DNA of 64,000 nucleotides from assembly GCA_038087875.1 (NCBI GenBank), contig CM075991.1, positions 7,876,001-7,940,000 on the forward strand. Reading direction: 5' to 3'. The DNA comes from Malacoraja senta (Eukaryota). This document shows positions 38,358-49,877 of this stretch, piece after piece. The notes under the pieces were generated by a model that had not been told where the DNA came from, ran no database searches, and saw only the letters and a program-made list of their open reading frames with translations. How positions within the stretch are numbered: position 1 is the stretch's first letter; every line of letters begins with the position of its first letter. Made by a program: the position numbers and the translations under genes.

Positions 38358-39085
38358 CTGTCCTTGTGTGTGACAGTGTGTGCATGCATGTGTCCTTGTG
38401 TGTGTACAGTGTGTGCATGCATGTGTCCATGTGTGTACAGTGTGTGCATGCATGTGTCCTTGTGTGTACAGTGTGTGCATGCATGTGTCCTTGTGTGTGA
38501 CAGTGTGTGCATGCATGTGTCCTTGTGTGTGACAGTGTGTGCATGCATGTGTCCTTGTTGTACAGTGTGCATGCATGTGTCCTTGTGTGTACAGTGTGTG
38601 CATGCATGTGTTCATGTGTGTGACAGTGTGTGCATGCATGTGTCCTTGTGTGTACAGTGTGCATGCATGTGTCCTTGTGTGTACAGTGTGTGCATGCATG
38701 TGTCCATGTGTGTGACAGTGTGTGCATGCATGTGTCCTTGTGTGTGACAGTGTGTGCATGCATGTGTCCTTGTGTGTACAGTGTGTGCATGCATGTGTCC
38801 TTGTGTGTACAGTATGTGCATGCATGTGTCCTTGTGTGTGATAGTGTGTGCATGCATGTGTCCTTGTGTGTACAGTGTGTGCATGCATGTGTCCTTGTGT
38901 GTACAGTGTGTGCATGCATGTGCATCCTTGTGTGTGACAGTGTGTGCATGCATGTGTCCTTGTGTGTGTACAGTGTGTGCATGCATGTGTCCTTGTGTGT
39001 GACAGTGTGTGCATGCATGTGTCCTTGTGTGTGACCAGTGTGTGCATGCATGTGCAAGTGGGTGCACCTTGTGTGCATGTGTACA
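38358..39085. repeat. minisatellite, ~28-32-bp unit gtccttgtgtgt(g)acagtgtgtgcatgcatgt
   Basis: more than 20 visible tandem units. Confidence 0.95.
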
Positions 39086-39224
39086 CTCATCAAGGGGCAG
39101 CAAGCCTGGACTGTAATAGTCCTGAACCTCGTTGCCAATGGATCAGGACCTGGCACTGCCACGCCTGTATGGTAACCCCATGCGCCATGTTCACTTGGGT
39201 AAAAATAATCCATGGACAGACACC

Positions 39225-39555
39225 AGCGCACAATGGTGTGGCGGTAGAGTTGCTGCCTCACTGCGCCAGAGACACGGGTTCGATGCTGACTAATGGTGCT
39301 GTCTGTATGGAGTTTGTACGTTCTCCCCGTGACCGCATGGGCTTTCTCCGGCTTTCTCCGGGCTTTCTCCGGGTGCTCCGGTTTCCTCCCACACCCCACA
39401 GACATGCAGGATTGCAGGTTGATTGGCTTCTGTGACATTGTCCTAGTGTGTAGGATAGAACTGGTGTACCGGTGATCGCTGGTTGGCATGGGACTCGGTG
39501 GGCTGAAGGGCCTGTTTCCCCGCAGTATTTCTAAACTAAAACTAAACTACACTAA
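39225..39555 (+). mobile_element. HE1/V-SINE-like SINE
   Basis: consensus features; internal triplicated ggctttctcc. Confidence 0.85.
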
Positions 39556-39607
39556 GCTTCCTGCTGGGGAAAGAGTCATCCATTAACTCTGAAGTCTGCC
39601 TAAGTAT

Positions 39608-39704
39608 CTTCTTCTTGCGTGTGACGTGCACAGCCTAAAGTTGTACGACAACTTGTTCTATTTGATCGTATTTGATTGTTTCGACGAATGCAATCAACCT
39701 GGCA
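39608..39704 (-). mobile_element. ribozyme-headed mini-SINE, copy 2 (5'-inverted and truncated)
   Basis: 3' part on minus strand plus inverted piece tttcgacgaatgcaatcaacctggc; TSD tgcctaagtat/tgcctaagaat. Confidence 0.75.
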
Positions 39705-39791
39705 TGCCTAAGAATGTAATCCATGTTGTTGTTGAGAAGAGGCAGCAAGGTTGTAAATTAAATGTAAACGAACATGGGTCAAGTACCAGAG

Positions 39792-39826
39792 GTCTGAAGA
39801 AGGGTCTCGACCCGAAACGTCACCCA
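39792..39826 (+). ncRNA. minimal type I hammerhead ribozyme motif in Penelope pLTR (unit 39792-39923)
   Basis: CTGAAGA-A-GGGT(CTCG)ACCC-GAAACGTC. Confidence 0.65.
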
Positions 39827-40874
39827 TTCCTTCTCTCCAGAGATGCTGCCTGTCCCGCTGAGTTACTCCAGCATTTTGTGTCCGTCTTCGGTTTAAACCA
39901 ACATCTGCAGTTCCTTCCTCCACATGGTGAATGCCATGCTGTGGACACGGTGGTGGGTGGGGGTGGGGGGGGGGGGGGGAGGGATGGCTTCTCTTTCTGT
40001 GCCATCAATCTCTCTGGCTGTAGGTGTCTGGAACCTCCTTTCACATGGGACCGTCCTCATGGACAAAGTGGACAAGCAGGTCCAACAAGGCGCACCAGCT
40101 AACAAAATCCCCACCGATGTTGCCCTTTTTGTCGGCGAGCTGTCTCGCTGAGGATTCCACATCAGCATGTAGATGGCATGCTGGCAGATCATTAATCCAG
40201 CCAAGAAAGCCCTCCAAAGTCACCCAAGTGTGCATTCCATTTTGAATTTTCTCATTAGTTTCTTTTTATGGATTAAACACTGATGTTCACGTCTGACTGC
40301 ACACAGCCACGGCTGATGGATATAATCAGGCTGTAATGGATTTTGGTGCCGTTACACCAGCCCTGTCCAATTTCAAGCATAATATCAAAGTCTTCCCACT
40401 GCTCTGACCAAGAGCCAAAAAATTGCAAGCTACAAGATGAAATTCATCACCGGGCAAATTTCACCGCAGCCTCCCGGAGCAGCGGTGCTGTAAAGTTGCC
40501 GTCGAGCGCTAATGACTGGTTTTACTGCAGCACTAATGAATTGTAATGAATTTATACAGAACGGCATCCGATTCCGAGCTGTGATAATTACCCTGCCGCT
40601 GGTTATTGAACATAATCATACTGCAGCAAGCGTTACATGATGAGTTGTTACAACAAAGTATCATCGACGCGCTGGGACAGTTTTTCACTTTGGCCACAGA
40701 CGCAGGCTGGAGGATGCAAATGTGTTGGTTGGCTCAGGCTTTTACAATTCTGATTGGATTTTACGAGTTCATTAACTCATCCTTTCCGTCTGTGTGCGTC
40801 GGGGATGAATTGGTGCTTGTTCCGTGTTGGGGAACAGGGCTCGTCTGTTTTCAAACGCAACAGCGGGAAACTAT

Positions 40875-41124
40875 TTAAGAAGGAACTGCTGATGCTGGAA
40901 AATCGAAGGTAGACAAAAGTGCTGGAGAAACTGAGCGGGTGCAGCAGCATCTATGGAGCGAAGGAAATAGGAAACGTTTCGGGACGAAACCCTTCTTCAG
41001 ACTGATAGGGGGTGGGGAGAAGAAGGGTTTCGGGACGAAGAAGGGTTTCGGGACGAAACGTTGCCTATTTCCTTCGCTCCATAGATGCTGCTGCACCCGC
41101 TCAGTTTCTCCAGCACTTTTGTCT
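40875..41124. mobile_element. near-perfect inverted Penelope pLTR pair
   Basis: ~90-bp arms; TSD agc(c)gggaaactat. Confidence 0.85.
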
Positions 41125-41342
41125 AGCCGGGAAACTATGCTGTCCATACCTTCCCATGCATTTTCAAGTTCAAGTTCAAGTTCGCATTTATTGCCACTTA
41201 ACCAACTAAGGTACAGTGAAATTTGAGTTACCATACAGCCATACTAAGTGAAAAGAACACAATACTCACATAAAATAAATTTAACATAACATCCACCACA
41301 GTGGAATCAACATTCCTCACTGTGATGGAAGGCAATAAAGGG

Positions 41343-41464
41343 AGGGTTTCGGCCCGAAACGTTGCCTATTTCCTTCGCTCCATAGATGCTGTTGCACCCG
41401 CTGAGTTTCTCCAGCATTTTTGTCTACCTTCGATTTTCCAGCATCTGCAGTTCCTTCTTAAACA
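41343..41464 (+). mobile_element. Penelope pLTR unit
   Basis: agggtttcggcccgaaacgttgcc...cagttccttcttaaac. Confidence 0.8.
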
Positions 41465-41514
41465 AAAAATGTTCAGTCATCTTCCTTTTGCCTGCTCCAC
41501 TGCGAAATCTCCTC

Positions 41515-41661
41515 TTCTTCTTCTGTCTTCTTCTTCCGTGTGGCGTGCACAGCCTAAAGTTGTTGGGCAACTTGTTCTATTTGATCTTCGTTTGTGCATG
41601 TCGAGTTGATTGCATTAGTCGAAACAGGGCGGACCACGTGAAGGTTGCAATCATCCACCCC
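41515..41661 (-). mobile_element. ribozyme-headed mini-SINE, copy 3
   Basis: TSD gcgaaatctcctc/gcaaaatctcctc; (AAG)n tail. Confidence 0.8.
41607..41661 (-). ncRNA. minimal HDV/CPEB3-like ribozyme (predicted)
   Basis: GGGGTGG-A-TGATTGCA-ACC-TTCACGT-GGT-CCGCCCT-GT-TTCGA-CTAA-TGCAATCA. Confidence 0.7.
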
Positions 41662-42491
41662 GCAAAATCTCCTCAAGGTGTGCCTACTTTGAAGAAGTTC
41701 TCCCCCCCCCCCTCTCTCCGACAACACCCTTTCTCACTGCTCCCCCTCTGTGATTCCTCCTGCCCTCTCCCTCCACCACCATGTTTTAACCCAGAACTTC
41801 CTACAAACTCTATTCTGTGATCTGATCAGTTGGGGCCACAGGGGATATGAGCAAGTGGGGACCGGAGGAACTGTAGGTGGTGTCATAGACTCACACAGCA
41901 TGGAACCAGACCCTTCTGCCCACCTTTCCCATGCCGATTATGGTGCTGGAATAAATATGAGGCATCAAAACACACGCACTGGGCGGCACAGTGGCGCAAC
42001 GGTAGAGTTGTTGCCTTGCAGCGCCAGAGACCCGGGTTCAATCCTGACTACGGGTGCTGTCATTATGCAGTTTCTACATTCTCCCTGTGCCCACGTGGGT
42101 TATCTCCCTGTGCCCAGGTTTCCTCCTATGTTCCAAAGACATGCAAAGAAAGGCTTGTGGTCGCAAAACCCTGGCGCATGTATTTAATTTAGTTTAGTTT
42201 AGTCCAGAGCACCTGGAGAAAACCCAGGCGTTCACAGGAGAATGTACAAACTCAGACTGCACTGGTTGTGAGGATCGAACCCGGGTCTCTGGCGCTGTAA
42301 GGCGGCAGCTCCAGTACTTCACCGCCCAAGGCTGTCGTTGCTGTGGTACGCAGTGGGACTGCTGCAATTCTGAGAAAACAACTTTAAGTTGAGTTGAAAG
42401 AAAAGAACACAAAATGCTGGAGTAACTCATTGGGTCAGGCAGCATCTCTGGGGAACATTGGAACCCTTCAAGAACCCATTAAGAACCCTTA

Positions 42492-42822
42492 AATCCCTGT
42501 CCCACGGTACGAGTTCATTCCAAGAGCTCTCCCGAGTTTGCCCTGATTCGAACTCGGAGATTTACGGTAATGGCCACTCGTCGGTACTCGGGGCTCTCGT
42601 GGACATTTTTCAACATGTTGAAAAAATCTTCACGAGTCTTCCCGAGCTTACCTGCCGTTAGCGAGTCTTCCCGAGTTCCTGCCGTTAGCGTTACGAGCCG
42701 CTAAGAGACGTCCCCGAGCTCCGACGTACCCGCTACGTTCATTCTCCGTGCTTACCACGAGTTTGATTTTTTTAAAACTCGGGAGAGCTCTTGGAATGAA
42801 CTCGCACCGTGGAACAGGGCTA
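42492..42822. mobile_element. Harbinger-like MITE, subfamily II (opposite orientation to 23181 copy)
   Basis: TIR ccctgtcccacggtacgagttcattccaagagctctccc; TTA flanks. Confidence 0.8.
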
Positions 42823-43082
42823 TTAGTCATAGAGTGATACAGTGTGGAAACAGGCCCTTTGGCCCAACTTGGCCAAGTTATACTAGTCCCACCTGCCTGC
42901 GCTTGGTCCATATCCCTCCAAACTTGTCCTATCTATGTACCTATCTAACTGTTTCTTAAATGTTGGAATAGTCCCAACCTCAACTACCTCCTCTGACAGC
43001 TCGTTCCATACACCTACCACCCTTTGTGTGAAAAAGTTACCACTTAGATTCCTATGAAATCTTCAAGGGTGTTCTTGAAACC

Positions 43083-43345
43083 TAAGTTGATTTGGTTAGA
43101 TGGCAGACCCATCTGCCCTCTCGTGCAAGTGTAAATGATCCCATCAAGCTTTTAGAAAGTAAAACAAGGACACCGTTTATCGTGCATAAAACATCCCAAA
43201 TCAGATGAGTCGCCATTCATTTGAGAGATGTTGCTGCAAAACTGCTGCGATATTTCCTGTATCATCACAGATCATTGACTGTTAAGACATGCGGGACATC
43301 CAAAGATTGTGAAAGGTGTAATTTCAATGTAAGCTTTTCATCTTT
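43083..43345 (+). mobile_element. ancient DeuSINE remnant
   Basis: ccatctgccctctc...gatcccat...gggacatccaaagattgtgaaaggtg...aatgtaagcttt. Confidence 0.55.
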
Positions 43346-43714
43346 AATGGATATATTTGGGGAATCAATCAGTATGCAAAAGGACATACCTTTTCTTTTT
43401 ATTGATTTGGGCTTAATCTGAAATCTGCTTGCACGGAAGAAGGAACATTACCTCTAAATTCATCCTGTTGGTAATGCAAAATGCCCTGCGCTGAGTCAGT
43501 TTAATGCTCCATTTACTTCGAAGATGTGATTCTCGTCAGCACCGCAGACCAGCAATTGAACTCCGGAATGTTGAGCTGCCTGCTAGTTTGGAATAGGATT
43601 TTAAAAGAGATCTTTGTCAAAAATAACCTATTAGTAAATCTTGTACCTTGAAACATTAAGGGTGTTTGGGATTTTCTTTTTCCTCTGCTTTCTATCTCAA
43701 GTCTTCGTTAGACG

Positions 43715-44815
43715 TTAGACTTTGGAGATGCAGCGCAGAAACAGGCCCTTCCACTCACTGTGTAGGCTGGCAGGCAATCACCCCGCACACTTGCACTACC
43801 CTACACACCAGGGGCAATGTGCAATTTACAGAATCTTGTGTGTCTTTGGAGTGTCGGAGGAAACCCACGGGGAGAAGGTACAAACTCCATACAGACAGCA
43901 CCCGTAGTCAGGATCGAACCCGGGTCTCTGGCGCTCCAAGGCAGCAACTCTACCGTTGCGTCACCTCATCCCATCACATTCCACCTCATTCTCTAAAACG
44001 TGGACAGTATATTCTCATCTGTCCGTGTTGCTGCTCCTGGTGTCACACCAGGCATATGTGTTGTGAACAAAGAACCAGGTTTCATTGTTTGATCTTAAAT
44101 ATCAACATTCGTTCATGGGTGCAATGCAAATTATCAGACCTAAGTGTCTTGTATTCTTGATGGATCTTGGCATCACTGGCCAGATCTACAATAATTGCAT
44201 GACCTTATTGAGAGCGGCATGGTGGGCACAGCGGTAGAGTTGCTGCCTTACAGCGCTTGCATCGGGTTCAATCCCGATAACAGGTGCTGTCTGTACGGAG
44301 TTTGTACGTTCTCCCCGTGACCGCATGGGTTTTCTCCAAGATCTTTGGTTTCCAAAGACGTACAGGTGTATGCAGGTAAATTTGCTTGGTAAGTGTAAAA
44401 ATTGTCCCTATTGTGTGTATGATGGTGTTAATATGTGGGGTTTGCTGGTCGGCACGGACCCGGTGGGCCGAAGGGCCTGTTTCCGCACTGTATCTCTAAA
44501 CTCAAAATTGCTGGGTATAGTTTAGTTTGGTTTAGAAATACAGCGTGGAAACTGTATTCCCCTTGGCCCACCAAGTGCATGCAAGCCATCGATCACTTCA
44601 CTCATTCACTCCCTGCACACTGTGGTCAGTTTGCAGAGGGTAATTAATCTATAAACGCGCACGCCTCTGGGATGTGGGAAGAAACTGGAGCCCCCAGAGG
44701 GAACCACGCGGTTACAAGGAGAACTTGCAAATTCCACGCAGACAGCACCTGGGGTCAGGATCAAACCTGGGTCTCTGGTGTTGTGAGGTAATGACTCTAC
44801 CACTGTGCCGCCCAG
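43715..44815. mobile_element. three SINE copies (43715-43960 -, 44212-44505 +, 44518-44815 -)
   Basis: SINE consensus motifs. Confidence 0.8.
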
Positions 44816-45831
44816 TTGCTTATTATTTGCTTCTCTGGATAGAAGGAACGGGTGACATTTCGGGTCAAGACCCTTCCAATCCCTCCCACCCATGTCCATG
44901 GTTGAGACACCATTCGTCTCTTCAATGACTTCCGTTTTCCACTCCCTCATCTTTACCAGCTCAGACTGAAGAGGGTCTCGACCCGAAACGCCACCATTCC
45001 TTCTCTCCAGAGATGCTGCCTGTCCCGCTGAGTTACTCCAGCATTTTGTGTCTATTTACAGGAAAGAGGATGTCCGGGTGGGAAAGGGGGTGGGAAGTGT
45101 TGTTCATAAAATTAGAGAAATCAATGTCCATACTGTTAATTTGTAAGCTACTCAAATGGAATATGACTCTACTTGTTTTTAATTCCACAATAATGTCCAG
45201 GGTAGAGAAAGCTAAAATTAGAGGGCGTAGGATAAAGTTGAGGCAGGAGCAGGGGACATTTAAAAGTTGAGCGGCAACTATTTCACACTGATGAAGGTGC
45301 GTATCTGGAACAAACGGCCATAGCAAGTGGTAGAGGCGACTATATATACAACTTTCAAAAGAGATTTGGACAACAACATGGAAAGGAAGATTTGGAGGAT
45401 ATGGGCAAGATGCAGGCATGTCTGACTAGCCTGGTTAAGCAATTCAGTCAGCATGGATGAATAGGGATGAAGGGTCTGTGTCCATGCCATTTAGCTGCGT
45501 AACTCTGTGACTCTATAATTGAATAGCCAGCTGCCACAGTGGGGTTCAAGCATGCAACCAGATCGAGAAGTGACTGCAGTGCTGCTTTAAGCCGAAGGCA
45601 GACACAAAATGCTGGAGTAACTCGGCGGGACAGGCAGCATCTCTGGAGAGAAGGGAATGGGTGAGTATTCGGGTCGAGACCCTTCTTCAGACTAGTTAGG
45701 GAACCAGGTTGAGAATCCAGCTCTTTGATTATCAATCTAATGCTTTAACATTATGCTATAAGACCCCACAGCGAAATGGGCAAAATGCAGATGCCATTGT
45801 ATTTTCATTTTAGAATAGTGCGGCATGAAGT

Positions 45832-46140
45832 TGGGCAGCACGGTGGCACAATGGTAGAGTTGCTGCCTTACAGCCCCAGAGACCCGGGTTCGATCCTGAC
45901 TACGGGTGCTGTCTGTACGGAGTTTGTACGTTCTCCACGTGACCTGCGTGGGTTTTCTCAGGGATCTCCCACTCTCCAAAGAATTACAGATGTGTAGGTT
46001 AATTGGCTTGGTATAAGTGTAAATTGTCCCTGGTGTGTGTGAAGGATAGTGTAACTGTGTGGGGATCGCTGGTTGGTGCGGATTCGATGGGCCGAAGGGC
46101 CTGTTTGCACGCTGTATCTCTAAACTAAACCAAACTAAAG
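45832..46140 (+). mobile_element. HE1/V-SINE-like SINE
   Basis: consensus features. Confidence 0.85.
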
Positions 46141-46574
46141 TAGAGAATTTATCCTCAAAATAAACTCGGGAAATTTATGCAATCTCACATTTTCAATTTT
46201 GGTGTTTGTTTAATGAAGCAAAACATTCATGTAGCTCACCAGAAGGTTGGAGCATTCTTTTCTATCTCTGAACAATCTTTAACTGGGACTGAAAGGGAAA
46301 AACAATGAGAGCAATGAGCTCACCGTGCTGCGCCTCGGCCATTTAAACAATTAGCCACCTCCAGCGTGCAGAATATAATGTGCTTCAATCATGCAAGAAG
46401 TGCTCCAGTGAGGCAGACTACCTGCCAACGTCTGTGTTTGTTTGCACGTGAAGGACATGTTGATTGGTGTGGTCACAATGCCAATGCACACTGGCACTCC
46501 GTTAACGCACTGCAGGGGAGCAGCGGTGTTGGAGGTGAAGCTGTCAAGCGAGGTGTTAAACTAACGCATTACCT

Positions 46575-46892
46575 GGGAGCGGTACGGTGGCGCAGCGGTA
46601 GAGTTGCTGCCTCACAGCGCCAGAGACCCCGGTTCGATCCTGCCCACGGGTGCTATCTGTACTTAGCTTGTACGTTCTCCCTGTGACCTGGGTGGGTTTT
46701 CTCCGGGTGCTCCGGTTTCCTCCCACACTCCAAAGATGTGCAGGTTTGTCGGTTATTTGGCTTGGTATCATTGTAAAAAATATCCCCAGTGTGTGTGTGT
46801 GTGTGACAGTGTTAATTCGTAGGGATCGCTGGTCGGTGCGGACTAGGTGGTCCGTAGGGCCTGTTTCCGAGCCGTATCTCTAAACTAAACTA
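46575..46892 (+). mobile_element. HE1/V-SINE-like SINE
   Basis: consensus features. Confidence 0.85.
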
Positions 46893-47567
46893 TGGTCTGA
46901 CATCAAGGTCTCTGGTTTTATGTCCAGGTGCCATTATTTATGATTTTAGTAAGATTACCAAAGAGAGTTTGCATCCTCATCTATGGTTTGGAATATGAAT
47001 TAATCATCATAAAGTTGTTTTGAAAAGAACAAAAGCTTATATTTGCAAATTTACATTTTTTATATGTGTGATAGGTGGTTGCAAGACCCACTGGGACCTT
47101 AATATACTAATAAGTTTAAGCATTTAACTACTCATTTACATTGCTTATTGTGAGCTGTCTGTATTGTTCCCTGACAGCCCACTGCTTTACCTTGGCCAAC
47201 ATGAATAATGAAACACGTTGTATCTTGCATGTTAAATCACCACCTCAACTTTTTTCCCTGAACTTTCATTCCCCGAGTTCAGCTCCAGCGGTGATTACAC
47301 AGTAACAAATGGAATATTTTAACATTTGACACACACCTGTTTATCTTGATATAAAATTAATTTAAATTACATCTTTATAAAGCTGTCAAACATTTGTATT
47401 ACTTAAATAGCAGGCTCAGTCTACCTGTTTTTAATTAAATGCAAATAAATCGCAGGTGATGGGAAAATTGCAAAATGCAAGCCAGTGTCTTTCAAACTCT
47501 TACAAACTGTCCAGCACAGGAACAGGCCATTCGACCCACAATATCTGTGCTGAACATTCTTCTGTGG

Positions 47568-48140
47568 AGGAAGGAACTGCGGATACTGGTTTAAACCGAA
47601 GATAGACACAAAAAGCTGGAGCTACTCAACGGGAGAGGCAGCATCTCTGGGGAGAAGGAATGGGTGACGTTTTGGGTCGAGACTCTTCTTCAGCCTGACT
47701 ATGTTCAGTCTGAAGAAGGGTCTTGACCCGAAACGTCATCAATTCCTTCTCTCCAGAGATGCTGTCTGTCCCGCTGAGTTAAGGGCCTTTCCCACTGTAC
47801 GAGATAATTCAAGAGTTCTCCCGAGTTCTCCCCTGAATCGAGCTTGTGTAATGTACGTAGCGGGTACGTAGGAGCTCGTGGATGTCACGTAGTGGCTCGT
47901 ACGAGTAACGGTAGGTACTCGGGAAATCCGGTAAACTCGTGACGTTTTTTCAACACTGTGAAAAATGTCCACGAGTAAAAAAATACTCGCGATGAAAAAA
48001 TTTGTTACTTTTTACTCGTACGAGCCCCTACGTACCCGCTACGTACATGACACGAGCTTGAATCGGGGAGAACTCGGGAGAACACTTGAATTACCTCGTA
48101 CAGTGGGACAGGCCCTTTACTCCAGCTTTTTATGTGTATC
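47568..48140. mobile_element. inverted Penelope pLTR pair containing a MITE
   Basis: two divergent hammerhead-like cores around 47700. Confidence 0.75.
47782..48116. mobile_element. Harbinger-like MITE, subfamily II-related
   Basis: agggcctttcccactgtacgag / ctcgtacagtgggacaggccct; TTA TSD. Confidence 0.85.
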
Positions 48141-48327
48141 TTCTGAACATTATTCTGTTGGGACAGAAGGTGCCTGAGAAATTCCGGTACATTCTATTTT
48201 AAGTTTTGTTATACGTTCTGACATTGCCTCACCTTCCTTCCAAGATGTTCTTCAAGCACAGGTTTTTATACGGAACATGGAACAATTCAGCACAGGAATG
48301 GGTCCTTCAGCCCACAATGTTTGCTGA

Positions 48328-48620
48328 CTTTAGACTTTAGAAATACAGCGTGGAAACAGGCCCTTCGGCCCACCGAGCCCGCGCCGACCAGTGATCACCC
48401 CCGTACACTAGCACTATCCTACACGTCGGGGACAATTTACAATTTTTTACTGAAGCCAATTAACCCGCAAACCTGTACTTTTTTTGGAGTGTTGGAGGAA
48501 ACCGGATCACCCGGAGAAAACCAACGCAGTCACGCGGTGAACGTACAGACAGCACCCGTAGTCAGGATCGAACCCGGGTCTCTGGCGCTGTAAGGCAGCA
48601 ACTCTACCGCTGCGCCACCT
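48328..48620 (-). mobile_element. HE1/V-SINE-like SINE
   Basis: reverse complement of consensus. Confidence 0.85.
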
Positions 48621-49169
48621 TTTAATATGTGACATAATTTCGTTATTCATGTCGGCCAAGGCAAAGCAGTGGGTTGCCAGGGAGCTTAAGATAAGGAATG
48701 GAAATTAGTAGTTAAACGCTGAAACGTATATTCAGGTCTCAAAGTGCCTTGCCTTTATATGTCCTATCGCACCTATGAAAAATGTAAATTTGCAGCACCA
48801 TGCCTAGTTAAACTGATCTCATCTGTCCGTTCATGACCCAATCTCACTATTCATTGCACTTTCTTTCAGTGCCTGTGTCTCTTAAAATTCTCTTAAATGC
48901 CACGATCGTATCTTAATCTGACGTGTCAAATACTTTTAATATTTCCGCTCACTCAGTCAGCAAGCAGCTCGCCCGGAGAACAGTGTGAACAGCAGCGTCC
49001 ATTTATACGACACCTTTGAAAGCAACAAAAGCATTGTGATGCAAGGAACCGCAGATTCTGGTTTACAACAATGCTCACAGCGTCTTGAGGTATTCACGAG
49101 AGAGTTAGATGTGGCTCTCGGGCTAACGAAACCAAGGATAAGGGGAGAAAGCAGGAACAGGGGTACAAT

Positions 49170-49573
49170 TTAGGAGATTGAGAGGGGATTTTATAGAAAC
49201 TTACAAAATTCTTATGGGGTTGGACAGGCTAGATGCAGGAAGATTGTTCCCGATGTTGGGGAAGTCCAGGACAAGGGGTCACAGCTTAAGGATAAGGGGG
49301 AAATCCTTTAAGACCGAGATGAGGAAAAACTTTTTCACACAGAGAGTGGTGAATCTCTGGAACTCTCTGCCACAGAGGGTAGTTGAGGCCAGTTCATTGG
49401 CTATATTTAAGAGGGAGTTAGATGTGGCCCTTGTGGCTAAAGGGATCAGGGGGTATGGAGAGAAGGCAGGTACGGGATACTGAGTTGGATGATCAGCCAT
49501 GATCATATTGAATGGCGGTGCTGGCTCGAAGGGCCGAATGGCCTACTCTTGCACCTATTGTCTATTGTCTATT
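49170..49573 (+). mobile_element. CR1 LINE 3' end (young)
   Basis: ORF 49178-49483 is a CR1 ORF2 C-terminus; (ctattgt)n tail. Confidence 0.9.
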
Positions 49574-49574
49574 G

Positions 49575-49850
49575 TCACCTCCCACGGTGCCCAGCAGTCC
49601 CAGAAATCCTCCAGGGCGTCCGTGGACAGGTAGTCACTTTCTAAAACCACCCGGGCACGGACGTAACCCTGGAAAAGGGGCAGGCAGCCGGCTCGGGCAG
49701 AGCCCTCTTCCGCCTGGCACTGTGACTCGTGGATGGCCAGCTTGGCCAGGCCTAGGAGCAACCCAACCAGGACGTCTTCAGCCCCTACCCTCTCCCCTAC
49801 GCACAGGGTGTCCAAAGATGAGGACGGTGGGTGTGAAGTGCAGCCAGAAG
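49575..49850 (-). mobile_element. Tx1-clade LINE ORF2 C-terminal fragment
   Basis: DVLVGLLLGLAKLAIHES...CLPLFQGYVRARVVLE...LEDFWDCWAP. Confidence 0.7.
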
Positions 49851-49877
49851 GCAAGGAGCAAGCAGCCCACTTTAGGT

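Noticed and set aside
38254..39489. 411-aa His/Thr/Cys-rich ORF and overlapping ORFs
   Set aside because: Artefact of a stop-free minisatellite joined to a SINE.
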